Shown here piece after piece: positions 16,239-24,052 of a stretch of 32,000 nucleotides of DNA. Below the pieces are notes generated by a model. That model saw nothing but the letters and a program-made list of their open reading frames with translations, was not told the DNA's origin and searched no databases. The translations under genes and the position numbers were made by a program. Origin of the DNA: Candidatus Jettenia ecosi (GTDB lineage: Bacteria > Planctomycetota > Brocadiia > Brocadiales > Brocadiaceae); NCBI GenBank assembly GCA_005524015.1, contig SULG01000002.1, positions 4,221-36,220 of the forward strand, given 5' to 3'. The first letter of the stretch is position 1, and each line of letters starts with the position of its first letter.

Positions 16239-18259
16239 GCAAACTGTTTGAAGAAATACCTGTCGGTCAGATGACAGTAAAAAACAGGATAATCATGTCT
16301 GCCATGGATTTGGGATTTACTTCTGACGGTACAGTGAATGACCGGATTATTCGTTTTTACGAGGATCGTGCCAAAGGCGGTGTCGGCCTCATTGTTGTAG
16401 GCGGTTGTTATCCGGAAATAAATGGCAAGGTTTGGAAGAGTATTATTGGATTAGACAAGGATGAGCTTATTCCGGGATTACGAAGATTGACAGATACTGT
16501 TCATGCCTATTATCAGGTGCGTATCGCCGCTCAGTTGCTTCACGGTGGCCGCAGCGCCTCATCCTTCTTTACAAAAATGCAGCCTGTTTCTCCCTCTCCC
16601 CTGGTGCACAGAAGTATCAAACAGGAACCTCATGCCCTGACAGTTTCAGAGATTAAAACGGTTATCGGTAATTATGTCAGCGCAACCGTAAGGGCAAAAA
16701 AGGCCGGCTTCGATGCCGTGGAGCTTCACGGTGGCATGGGATACCTCATTAATCAATTCCTTTCAAAGGCTACTAATAAGCGTGATGATGAGTATGGTGG
16801 AAGTCTTGAAAACAGGGTTCGTTTTGCCAGGGAGATAATAATCGCCATAAAAGAAGCCGTTGGGAAGGACTACCCCATCATCTTTCGAATGTCAGGAGAT
16901 GATCTTGTTGCGGAAGGGCTCAAAATAGATGAGAGTCTGGAAATTGCCCGGATGTTAGAGCAATCAGGCGCTGATGCCTTTAACGTATCTCCTGGCTGGC
17001 ATGAAAGCAGAACGCCTATCCTGTCAATGATTATTCCACGGATGGCTTACACCTTTCTTTCACAAAGGATCAAATCATGCGTAAAAGTTCCGGTAATTGC
17101 CTCAGTCAGAATAAACGATCTTACCTTGGCCGGAGAGATCTTAGACAATGAGCAGGCAGACATGGTATCCCTTGGCAGACCACTCATCGTAGATCCTGAT
17201 CTGCCGAATAAATATAAAAACGGGCAATTTGATGATATCAGAACATGCATTGCTTGTAATCAGGGTTGCTTTGATTCTTTGCTGAATTTTAAATCCGTTT
17301 CCTGTACGTATAATGCAATGGCAGGGCATGAAGGTGAATATAAAATAATTCCATCGGGCAAACCGAAAAAGGTGGTGGTCGTAGGTGGAGGACCTGCCGG
17401 TATGGAAGCTGCCCGTGTTTTGGCATTACGGGGACACAGGGTTACCTTGTATGAGAGGAAAAAACACCTGGGTGGTCAATTACGGTATGCCTTTATTCCT
17501 CCGGGACGTGAAGAAATACAAAATATTATCACCTACCTGGAAAAACAGATTTTCAGGCTTAAGGTACATATAAAAATCGGAAAAGAGGCTGATTTACAAA
17601 CGTTACAGGAGGAACATCCCGATGCCATAGTTGTAGCCACGGGCGGAAATCCTGTCATGCCCGACCTTCCCGGTATAAAAGGGAAACAGGTGTATACAGC
17701 AAGTACTATATTGGAGGGAAAAGTTTTATCGGGAAAGGACGTGGTCATACTTGGCGGTGGAACTGTAGGATGTGAGGTGGCGTTGCACATAGCCAAACAG
17801 GGAACAATGAGGCCTGATGTGGCTTGTTTTCTGTTAAAACACAAGGTGCTCAGCGACAGGGATGTCATTGAATACACTACAAGGGGAAATAAGAGTGTCA
17901 CCATTCTGGAAATGAAAAAGAAAATAGGTGGCGGATTTGGTATTTCCACACGATGGGTTATTCTCAATGAATTAAAAGATGCGGGGGTAAAAGAAATAAC
18001 AGAAGTGCGGGTGAAGGAAATAATAAATACGAATGAAAATGGCAGAAAAACGGAAGGCGTCGTTTATGAAAAGGGCGGAAAAGATTATTTTATCAAGGCC
18101 GATACCGTTATTATTGCTGTCGGGTACAGTCCTTATAACGATATACAAAAGCAGATAGAAGGAAAGTTTCCGGAGATGTATTGTATTGGTGATTGCGTTA
18201 AGGTTCGCACTGTATTAGAAGCTATTCACGAAGGTTTTGAAGTCGCCTTAAAGATATAA
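16235..18259 (+). CDS. 2,4-dienoyl-CoA reductase (FadH)-like flavoprotein: OYE-type FMN barrel + 4Fe-4S + FAD/NAD(P)H domain
   Basis: 'ELHGGMGYLINQFLS...NKRDDEYGGSLENRVRF' (old-yellow-enzyme barrel). Cys cluster 'CIACNQGCFDSLLNFKSVSC'. Dinucleotide fold 'VVVVGGGPAGMEAA' and a second 'VVILGGGTVGCEVA'. The ATGA start overlaps the upstream stop. Confidence 0.9.
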   Translation: MSKLFEEIPVGQMTVKNRIIMSAMDLGFTSDGTVNDRIIRFYEDRAKGGVGLIVVGGCYPEINGKVWKSIIGLDKDELIPGLRRLTDTVHAYYQVRIAAQLLHGGRSASSFFTKMQPVSPSPLVHRSIKQEPHALTVSEIKTVIGNYVSATVRAKKAGFDAVELHGGMGYLINQFLSKATNKRDDEYGGSLENRVRFAREIIIAIKEAVGKDYPIIFRMSGDDLVAEGLKIDESLEIARMLEQSGADAFNVSPGWHESRTPILSMIIPRMAYTFLSQRIKSCVKVPVIASVRINDLTLAGEILDNEQADMVSLGRPLIVDPDLPNKYKNGQFDDIRTCIACNQGCFDSLLNFKSVSCTYNAMAGHEGEYKIIPSGKPKKVVVVGGGPAGMEAARVLALRGHRVTLYERKKHLGGQLRYAFIPPGREEIQNIITYLEKQIFRLKVHIKIGKEADLQTLQEEHPDAIVVATGGNPVMPDLPGIKGKQVYTASTILEGKVLSGKDVVILGGGTVGCEVALHIAKQGTMRPDVACFLLKHKVLSDRDVIEYTTRGNKSVTILEMKKKIGGGFGISTRWVILNELKDAGVKEITEVRVKEIINTNENGRKTEGVVYEKGGKDYFIKADTVIIAVGYSPYNDIQKQIEGKFPEMYCIGDCVKVRTVLEAIHEGFEVALKI

Positions 18260-18316
18260 CACATTTTTACCCCAGATAGACACAGAAAAGCAGAGATAAC
18301 AATAAGGGTTTTGACA

Positions 18317-19123
18317 ATGAAAGATATCCGCATGAATCGTGGTGATAACTCCGGTTATGATCACATTGAATTCGAGGAAATCAGGGCACATAATGGTAAG
18401 GCCATCGGTATTATTTATCTGAAAAAACCTCCACGAAACTCTATAGGCTCATGGCTTCTGGATGCCCTCTATGATAAGATGGATCAGTATGAGGGTGATG
18501 AAAGGGTGGGCGCTATTATTATTGCCAGTAAACTAAGGAGCGTCTTTAGTGACGGCGCTGACCGTGATGAGCTCTTTGGCGCCTGGATATCGGGTCTTGT
18601 AGCTGATAAGAACTATGAACGGTTTCATCGCGCTCATGAGATGTTTGTGGAGATTGAAAATTGTAAAAAGCCTGTTATTGCTGCCATAAACGGAGTTACG
18701 ATCGGCGCTGGTTTAGAGCTTGCTATGCTGTGTGACCTGCGTATTGCATCTGAACTTTCCTTTTTCAGCCTGCCAGAGGCAAAGCCTGAACTGAGTATTA
18801 TTCCCGGTCTTGGAGGCACGCAGCGTTTGCCCCGTTATATCGGTATGGCGCGTGCTAAGGAGATGCTGTTTTTAGGAAAGATGATCCGTGCTGAGACCGC
18901 TTTGGAATGGGGTCTCATTAATCAAATTTCACCTCATAAAGAGGTTATAGACCATGCCGTAGTTTTGGCAGAAACGCTGTTAGAACGAGATGCAAGGGCG
19001 CTCAAAGAGATGAAGAAATGTATCAACTTTGCGGGAGAGAACGATATCCTGAAAGGTATCGAATATGAGGTAGGTCTCTTTGCAGAGATGATGCGATTAA
19101 AATTTTCGAATAAGGGTAAATAA
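18317..19123 (+). CDS. Enoyl-CoA hydratase/isomerase (crotonase) family protein
   Basis: 'AAINGVTIGAGLELAMLCDLRIA' and 'LPEAKPELSIIPGLGGTQRL', so both catalytic Glu positions are present. ATG 18317 with SD AAGGG 8 nt upstream (the track starts at TTG 18311). Confidence 0.9.
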   Translation: MKDIRMNRGDNSGYDHIEFEEIRAHNGKAIGIIYLKKPPRNSIGSWLLDALYDKMDQYEGDERVGAIIIASKLRSVFSDGADRDELFGAWISGLVADKNYERFHRAHEMFVEIENCKKPVIAAINGVTIGAGLELAMLCDLRIASELSFFSLPEAKPELSIIPGLGGTQRLPRYIGMARAKEMLFLGKMIRAETALEWGLINQISPHKEVIDHAVVLAETLLERDARALKEMKKCINFAGENDILKGIEYEVGLFAEMMRLKFSNKGK

Positions 19124-19195
19124 GGCATATTTTTGAAAATGCTTCCCATATTTTTTACCTTATAAAGAAAAACGACTAATCAAAAGGAGGTAATT

Positions 19196-19939
19196 ATGGA
19201 GTTCAAGGATACCGTAGCAATTGTTACAGGTGGTACCCGGGGTATAGGCAAGTCAATCGCATTGGAACTGGCAAAAAACGGCTGCAACATAGCCTTTAAC
19301 TACAATAAAAATACCGATGCCGCCCATCTTCTGGTAAAGGAAATTGAATCGATGGGTACCAAGGCCATTTCTTTCCAGGTAAATGCAGCCAGTTTTGAAG
19401 GCGCTAAGAATATGGTAAAAGAAGTGAAGGATAGATTTGGAAAGATTGATTTCCTGGTAAATAATGCCGGTATTACCCGTGATAAACTCCTCGCTTTAAT
19501 GGCAGAGAATGATTGGGACGATGTTATCAATACCAATCTCAAAAGTGTTTATAATTTTTCTAAATCGGTGATTACCCAGATGATCAAACAAAAATCCGGT
19601 AGTATCCTGAATATAACCTCAGTAAGCGGAATAACGGGAATAGCGGGTCAGGTAAACTATTCTTCCTCCAAGGCCGGTATGATAGGATTTACCAAGGCCC
19701 TTGCCAAAGAGGTGGGGAAGGCAAATATTACGGTAAATGCGATAGCCTGCGGCTTTATTGAAACAGATATGACGGCAGTTTTACCTCAGGAATATAAGGA
19801 TAAAATGATTGAGATGATTCCGGTAAGAAGATTTGGCACACCTGATGATGTTGCCAAAGCCGCGATTTTCCTGTTATCAGACCATGCTAAATACATTACC
19901 GGTCATGTAATTAGTGTCGATGGTGGTTTAGCAATGTAG
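19196..19939 (+). CDS. fabG: 3-oxoacyl-[ACP] reductase (SDR family)
   Basis: 'TGGTRGIGKSIA', 'NNAGITRD', catalytic 'YSSSKAG' and FabG-like length. Strong SD AAGGAGG. Confidence 0.9.
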   Translation: MEFKDTVAIVTGGTRGIGKSIALELAKNGCNIAFNYNKNTDAAHLLVKEIESMGTKAISFQVNAASFEGAKNMVKEVKDRFGKIDFLVNNAGITRDKLLALMAENDWDDVINTNLKSVYNFSKSVITQMIKQKSGSILNITSVSGITGIAGQVNYSSSKAGMIGFTKALAKEVGKANITVNAIACGFIETDMTAVLPQEYKDKMIEMIPVRRFGTPDDVAKAAIFLLSDHAKYITGHVISVDGGLAM

Positions 19940-20016
19940 AAAGAGAGTGGAGTCCTGATTCCTGCAGGAAACGTTACCGTACTGTTGCACCTATTGTAAA
20001 TTGAAAGGTAAAGACT

Positions 20017-20328
20017 ATGCTATTTTTATTAAAAGTTGAAATAAAACAAATGCCTCCTTTGCCGGTAAAAGACTTTTTGGAATATGTGATAAAAGAATGG
20101 GAATATTTTTCACGATTTCAAAGGCGTGGCAAGATTATAGCAGGTGGGAAATTGGCCGGTAAGAGGGGGGCTGCGGCTATAATCGATGCTGAATCCAATG
20201 AAGAGATGGAAGAGATCGTCTCAAAATTACCGCTCTTTCCGTTCTTTACCGATATAGAAATCACGCCCCTTGTGCCTATGGAGAAGGCGCTTCTGGATAC
20301 CAGGAGGATTCATTCGCTGATGAAGTAG
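20017..20328 (+). CDS. Muconolactone delta-isomerase-fold (dimeric alpha+beta barrel) small protein
   Basis: 103 aa. 'MLFLLKVEI...' N-terminus and 'AAIIDAESNEEMEEIVSKLPLFPFFTDIEITPLVP' match the MIase-like family pattern by eye. Last gene of the co-directional lipid cluster. Confidence 0.6.
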   Translation: MLFLLKVEIKQMPPLPVKDFLEYVIKEWEYFSRFQRRGKIIAGGKLAGKRGAAAIIDAESNEEMEEIVSKLPLFPFFTDIEITPLVPMEKALLDTRRIHSLMK

Positions 20329-20333
20329 CGGCG

Positions 20334-21620
20334 CTAATGTTGAGGATGGTCCGTATGATGAAAAATTCCAAATAACTTTTTGATGGTTTCCACATATCGA
20401 TATCCACCTCCGTTTTTCGCCTCTTGTTTTGCTACCTTTGCCGGGTGGTGAAGGAGTTTATTAATGGTACGTTCAATAGTATAAACAACTTGTTCCCATT
20501 CTCCATCTTGCATGTTTTTCAGTTTTGGTTTTAAACGATTTAACTCTTCCCTGCCGATCGCATGAAAATGATTCCGCAACAGGGTTATTGCAGGTTCTAT
20601 CTTTATTTCCTCAAGCTTTGCCATAAAATGTTCTACTTCCTCTTCAATAATACTACGGCATTTTTCTATCTCTCTGGTTCGCTCATCGATGTTTTGGCTT
20701 ACGACAGATTGTAAATCATCAATGTTGTAGAGATATACATTGTCAATTTTGGCAATATCAGGTTCAATATCTCTTGGAACGGCAATATCTATGAGGAATA
20801 TAGGATTTCCCCTCCGGTGTTTAATGGCCTCTTTTATCTGCTGGGTATGAATCACATAGTGAGGAGCGGAGGTGGAGCTAATAATAATATCAGCCTTTGC
20901 GAGGTATTCTCCCAGTAATTCATATTTAATGGCCTGGCCATGGTATGTGTGAGCAAGTTCCTGTGCACGTTCAAATGTGCGGTTTGCAACCACGAATGTA
21001 CGCGCTCCTTCTTCATACAGATGCTTTATGAGGAGTTCGCACATTTCACCGGCGCCTACCACGAGAACTATTTTTCCGGTAAAATCCTGAAATATTTTTT
21101 CGGCAAATTCTACTGCTACAGAACTTATAGAGACCTTTCTCTTTCCAATAGAAGTTTTCGTATGCACGATTTTAGCGACATTGAGCGCCTGCTGAAATAG
21201 CTGATTAAGAACCTTTCCTGTGGATTCCTGCAAAGACGCTATGGTGTAAGCTTCTTTAACCTGTGACAGGATTTGTGATTCTCCTAATACCATAGAATCA
21301 AGACTGGTAGTGACAAAGAAAAGATGATTAACCGCCCGGCCATCCTTGTTATGGTACATATAAGGGGAAAAAACAGGTAACTCAACCTTGTGGAAATCAG
21401 CAAGGAATGAAAGGACATCCTCTGCCTGAATAGCGCCATCTAAAGAGGATACATATATTTCAACCCGGTTACAGGTCGATAAGATAACAGCTTCTGCCTT
21501 TTGATATTTTTGAAGAAAACAGGATAAAGCTGTGGGAATATTATTAGCATTAAAAGCAAGTTTTTCTCTAACCTCTACAGGGGCTGATTTATGGTTCAAC
21601 CCTACAACTAAAATACTCAT
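20334..21620 (-). CDS. hemA: Glutamyl-tRNA reductase
   Basis: 'ILVVGLNHKSAPVEVREKLAF', catalytic Cys in 'STCNRVEIY', Rossmann 'VLVVGAGEMCE'. ATG at 21620 with SD AAGGA (the track starts at TTG 21626). Confidence 0.95.
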   Translation of the reverse strand: MSILVVGLNHKSAPVEVREKLAFNANNIPTALSCFLQKYQKAEAVILSTCNRVEIYVSSLDGAIQAEDVLSFLADFHKVELPVFSPYMYHNKDGRAVNHLFFVTTSLDSMVLGESQILSQVKEAYTIASLQESTGKVLNQLFQQALNVAKIVHTKTSIGKRKVSISSVAVEFAEKIFQDFTGKIVLVVGAGEMCELLIKHLYEEGARTFVVANRTFERAQELAHTYHGQAIKYELLGEYLAKADIIISSTSAPHYVIHTQQIKEAIKHRRGNPIFLIDIAVPRDIEPDIAKIDNVYLYNIDDLQSVVSQNIDERTREIEKCRSIIEEEVEHFMAKLEEIKIEPAITLLRNHFHAIGREELNRLKPKLKNMQDGEWEQVVYTIERTINKLLHHPAKVAKQEAKNGGGYRYVETIKKLFGIFHHTDHPQH

Positions 21621-21675
21621 GTCCAATCCTTAGTCAAATAGAAACGATATAGAATTTCGGTTGCAGCCTAATTTT

Positions 21676-22545
21676 TTATTGAATATGTAAAATCTTTGTA
21701 TGAGATTGTTCGTTGACATTCTGAAAGGCATGTTTAGACCCCATAAAGAAGGTACCGATAAAGGTAAAAAGCACAAGGCAAAAACCTGCAATAGTCAAAC
21801 ATGCGATCTTTGTGCCGTGAAAAGATGCGACAAGGCGCATATGCAGCAACGCTGCGTATATGAGCCAGGTTGCCAAACCAAGAATAACCTTGTAATCCAA
21901 ATACCACATCTCGCCTAAAATATTTTGTGTTTTTACCCAAAAAGTACCAAATACAAGTCCTAAGGTGAGGAGAGGAAAGCCAAAAGAAATTGTTTTCCAC
22001 ATAAGCTTGTCAATTCCTTCCAATGAGGGCAATTTATTGAAAAGAGGGCCAAATAACTTATGTTTTAATTGTCTTTGCTGTGTTAAATACATGATACTCA
22101 GGCTAAAGGATATGGTAAAGGCGGCGTATCCTACAAATATAGGGATAATATGCGCTATAAGCCAAAAGTTCTGAAGATGCACGGTAATGAGCAGATTTCC
22201 TCCATCAAATGTAAGCGCCCATAGTGAAAGCGCTGTAACAACAGGAATTAAAAAAGTATCCAGAGAGGGTAATCTGTAAAGATAATCCAGGTTGATGTAA
22301 ACAAAGAGAATACACCAGAGTAATGATATGAAGGATTCGTATACATTGGTTATCGGGATATTGCTTGATTCAAAACCCAGGAATACCAGAAAACCGCTGT
22401 GAATAAAGAATCCCATCATCATAGACCACTTGACTACTTTTCTATTGAAAGCATGCGGTTTTACGATGGATCCTATAGACCATACCGAAGATATGAAATA
22501 GAGGATTATAACAATTATAAAAGGAGTATGTGGTAACGATATCAT
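21676..22545 (-). CDS. Cytochrome c assembly family membrane protein (CcsA/HemX-like)
   Basis: Polytopic membrane protein immediately upstream of hemA, as in hemA-hemX type arrangements. The Trp-rich region 'FGTFWVKTQNILGEMWYLDYKV' looks like a degenerate WWD-type motif. ATG at 22545 is preferred over TTG at 22584. Confidence 0.7.
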   Translation of the reverse strand: MISLPHTPFIIVIILYFISSVWSIGSIVKPHAFNRKVVKWSMMMGFFIHSGFLVFLGFESSNIPITNVYESFISLLWCILFVYINLDYLYRLPSLDTFLIPVVTALSLWALTFDGGNLLITVHLQNFWLIAHIIPIFVGYAAFTISFSLSIMYLTQQRQLKHKLFGPLFNKLPSLEGIDKLMWKTISFGFPLLTLGLVFGTFWVKTQNILGEMWYLDYKVILGLATWLIYAALLHMRLVASFHGTKIACLTIAGFCLVLFTFIGTFFMGSKHAFQNVNEQSHTKILHIQ

Positions 22546-22716
22546 ATTCCTAGATAATTTAAGGGATAAACATTCATTAATCAACCAAAATCTTAAAACA
22601 TCATCTTAATTTTTGCATTTTTTTTATTTGACAAAGACACGGTTGTCCGATAACCTAAGATTCTATCGTACTATGAACGTAATTATCTGAAATAATGTTC
22701 ATATTGAGGAATTGTC

Positions 22717-22953
22717 ATGGATGAAAATATAAAGAAGATAACGAAAAAGACCAGTATTGGGGATGTGATTAAGCAATATCCTGAGACGGAACCTGTTATA
22801 AAAAAATATTTCGGTTCCGGTTGTTTTACATGTCCAGGCTCAAAGATGGAAGACATTTCATTTGGCGCCACGATGCATAATATTGATCCTGATATTGATC
22901 CTGAAGTAATTATTAAAGAATTGAATGAAGTTATTAGTAAGAAAAAAGGTTAA
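22717..22953 (+). CDS. DUF1858-type redox-disulfide small protein
   Basis: 'IGDVIKQYPETEPVIKKYFGSGCFTCPGSKMEDISFGATMH' has the family-typical CxxC and layout. SD GAGGAA. Confidence 0.7.
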   Translation: MDENIKKITKKTSIGDVIKQYPETEPVIKKYFGSGCFTCPGSKMEDISFGATMHNIDPDIDPEVIIKELNEVISKKKG

Positions 22954-22985
22954 CTATTTCATAACATAATCAAGGAGATTGATCA

Positions 22986-23204
22986 ATGAGAGAAAAAGTA
23001 GAAGAAGCGCTTAATCATATTAGACCTGCACTTCAGGCGGATGGTGGTGATATTGAATTAGTAGATATAGAGGGAGGTATTGTGAAGGTGCGCCTGAAAG
23101 GAGCTTGCGGAACTTGCCCAAGCGCGCTCATGACGCTAAAGTATGGTGTGGAAGAACGTCTTAAAGAAGAGATCCCTGAAGTAGAATCTGTGGAACTTGC
23201 ATAG
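22986..23204 (+). CDS. NifU C-terminal-domain (Nfu-type) Fe-S scaffold/carrier protein
   Basis: 'IRPALQADGGDIELVDIEGGIVKVRLKGACGTCPSALMTLKYGVEERL' is the classic Nfu motif with CxxC. Confidence 0.9.
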   Translation: MREKVEEALNHIRPALQADGGDIELVDIEGGIVKVRLKGACGTCPSALMTLKYGVEERLKEEIPEVESVELA

Positions 23205-23367
23205 TTCGGTTTTATTTTGTTAATAGTTTACCGCAGAGTTATGGAAGATTTTATAGAAAAGATAACAAATGAATTGTGTGCTTCTTTAAGAAAAACAAAT
23301 TCTTGTATTGCATTATCCTCTGCGGTAGGCTTATCCTTATGAGAATACTACTATTAAGGAGTTTTAC

Positions 23368-24045
23368 ATGAGTTTAGTACTTGGTCCCATACATCACTGG
23401 ATGTACGGGAAAATAAAAACCACGGAGGCGCGGGAGTCTGCTATCATTTCTGCATTTAAATCAAAGTACGGTGCAGAAGCGGACGACCTTCTTGTGCAGG
23501 TATATAAAAAATATCCAAAATCGAGTGTTAACAAACCGCTTGAAGAATTATTGGCCAACAAATCAATTCATCAGGGAATCCAAAGCCTTATTATAGAGGT
23601 GGAGACGAGAGAAGCTGCTGTGATTGCTGCTTTCTGTTCCAAATATCATGATGCTGCAAAAGTAGCCGCAGAGGCTGCGCATAAACACGGAATAAACTGT
23701 GGTAAAGAAGCCATCAAGAACAAAGGACTGTCAGGAGCCGATTGCAACAATACATCAAAAGCATTTGAGGTAATGGGAGATTATCACAGTGATGGGATGC
23801 CCTGTGACCGGGGAGCACAGATAGTATCAGAATCTGACAAACGTACCTTATGGGATCACGAAAGTTGTATTCATGAGCAATACTGGAAGAACGCAGGAGC
23901 GGATTTTTTAACCATGTGTACTGTCATTAATGAATGGATCGCAGGGTTTGGTGAAGGAATACAGAGTAAGATCAGATATAAGAGAGAAAAAGCTATTGCA
24001 GCAGGTGATCCATCCTGTTTAGGTAGTTTCGAAATTAAAGACTAA
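23368..24045 (+). CDS. Hypothetical Cys-rich protein (unknown family)
   Basis: Strong SD AAGGAG. The stop lies 7 nt before the thiF-like start. Internal helical duplication (EARESAIISAFKSKY / ETREAAVIAAFCSKY). C-terminal Cys/His-bearing segment 'CDRG...HESCIHEQYW...TMCTV...GDPSCLGSFEI'. Confidence 0.6.
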   Translation: MSLVLGPIHHWMYGKIKTTEARESAIISAFKSKYGAEADDLLVQVYKKYPKSSVNKPLEELLANKSIHQGIQSLIIEVETREAAVIAAFCSKYHDAAKVAAEAAHKHGINCGKEAIKNKGLSGADCNNTSKAFEVMGDYHSDGMPCDRGAQIVSESDKRTLWDHESCIHEQYWKNAGADFLTMCTVINEWIAGFGEGIQSKIRYKREKAIAAGDPSCLGSFEIKD

Positions 24046-24052
24046 ATAAGGC

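Noticed and set aside
20326-20336. Convergent stop codons of the MIase-like gene and hemA only 5 nt apart
   Set aside because: This is real but unremarkable gene packing. No shared terminator hairpin is identifiable in the flanking coding sequence.
23205-23367. TPP (thiamine) or Moco riboswitch upstream of the ThiF-like gene
   Set aside because: No CUGAGA / ACCUGAUCUGGAUAAUGCCAGCG-type TPP core and no recognisable Moco motif was seen by eye. The region is kept only as an unclassified structured leader.
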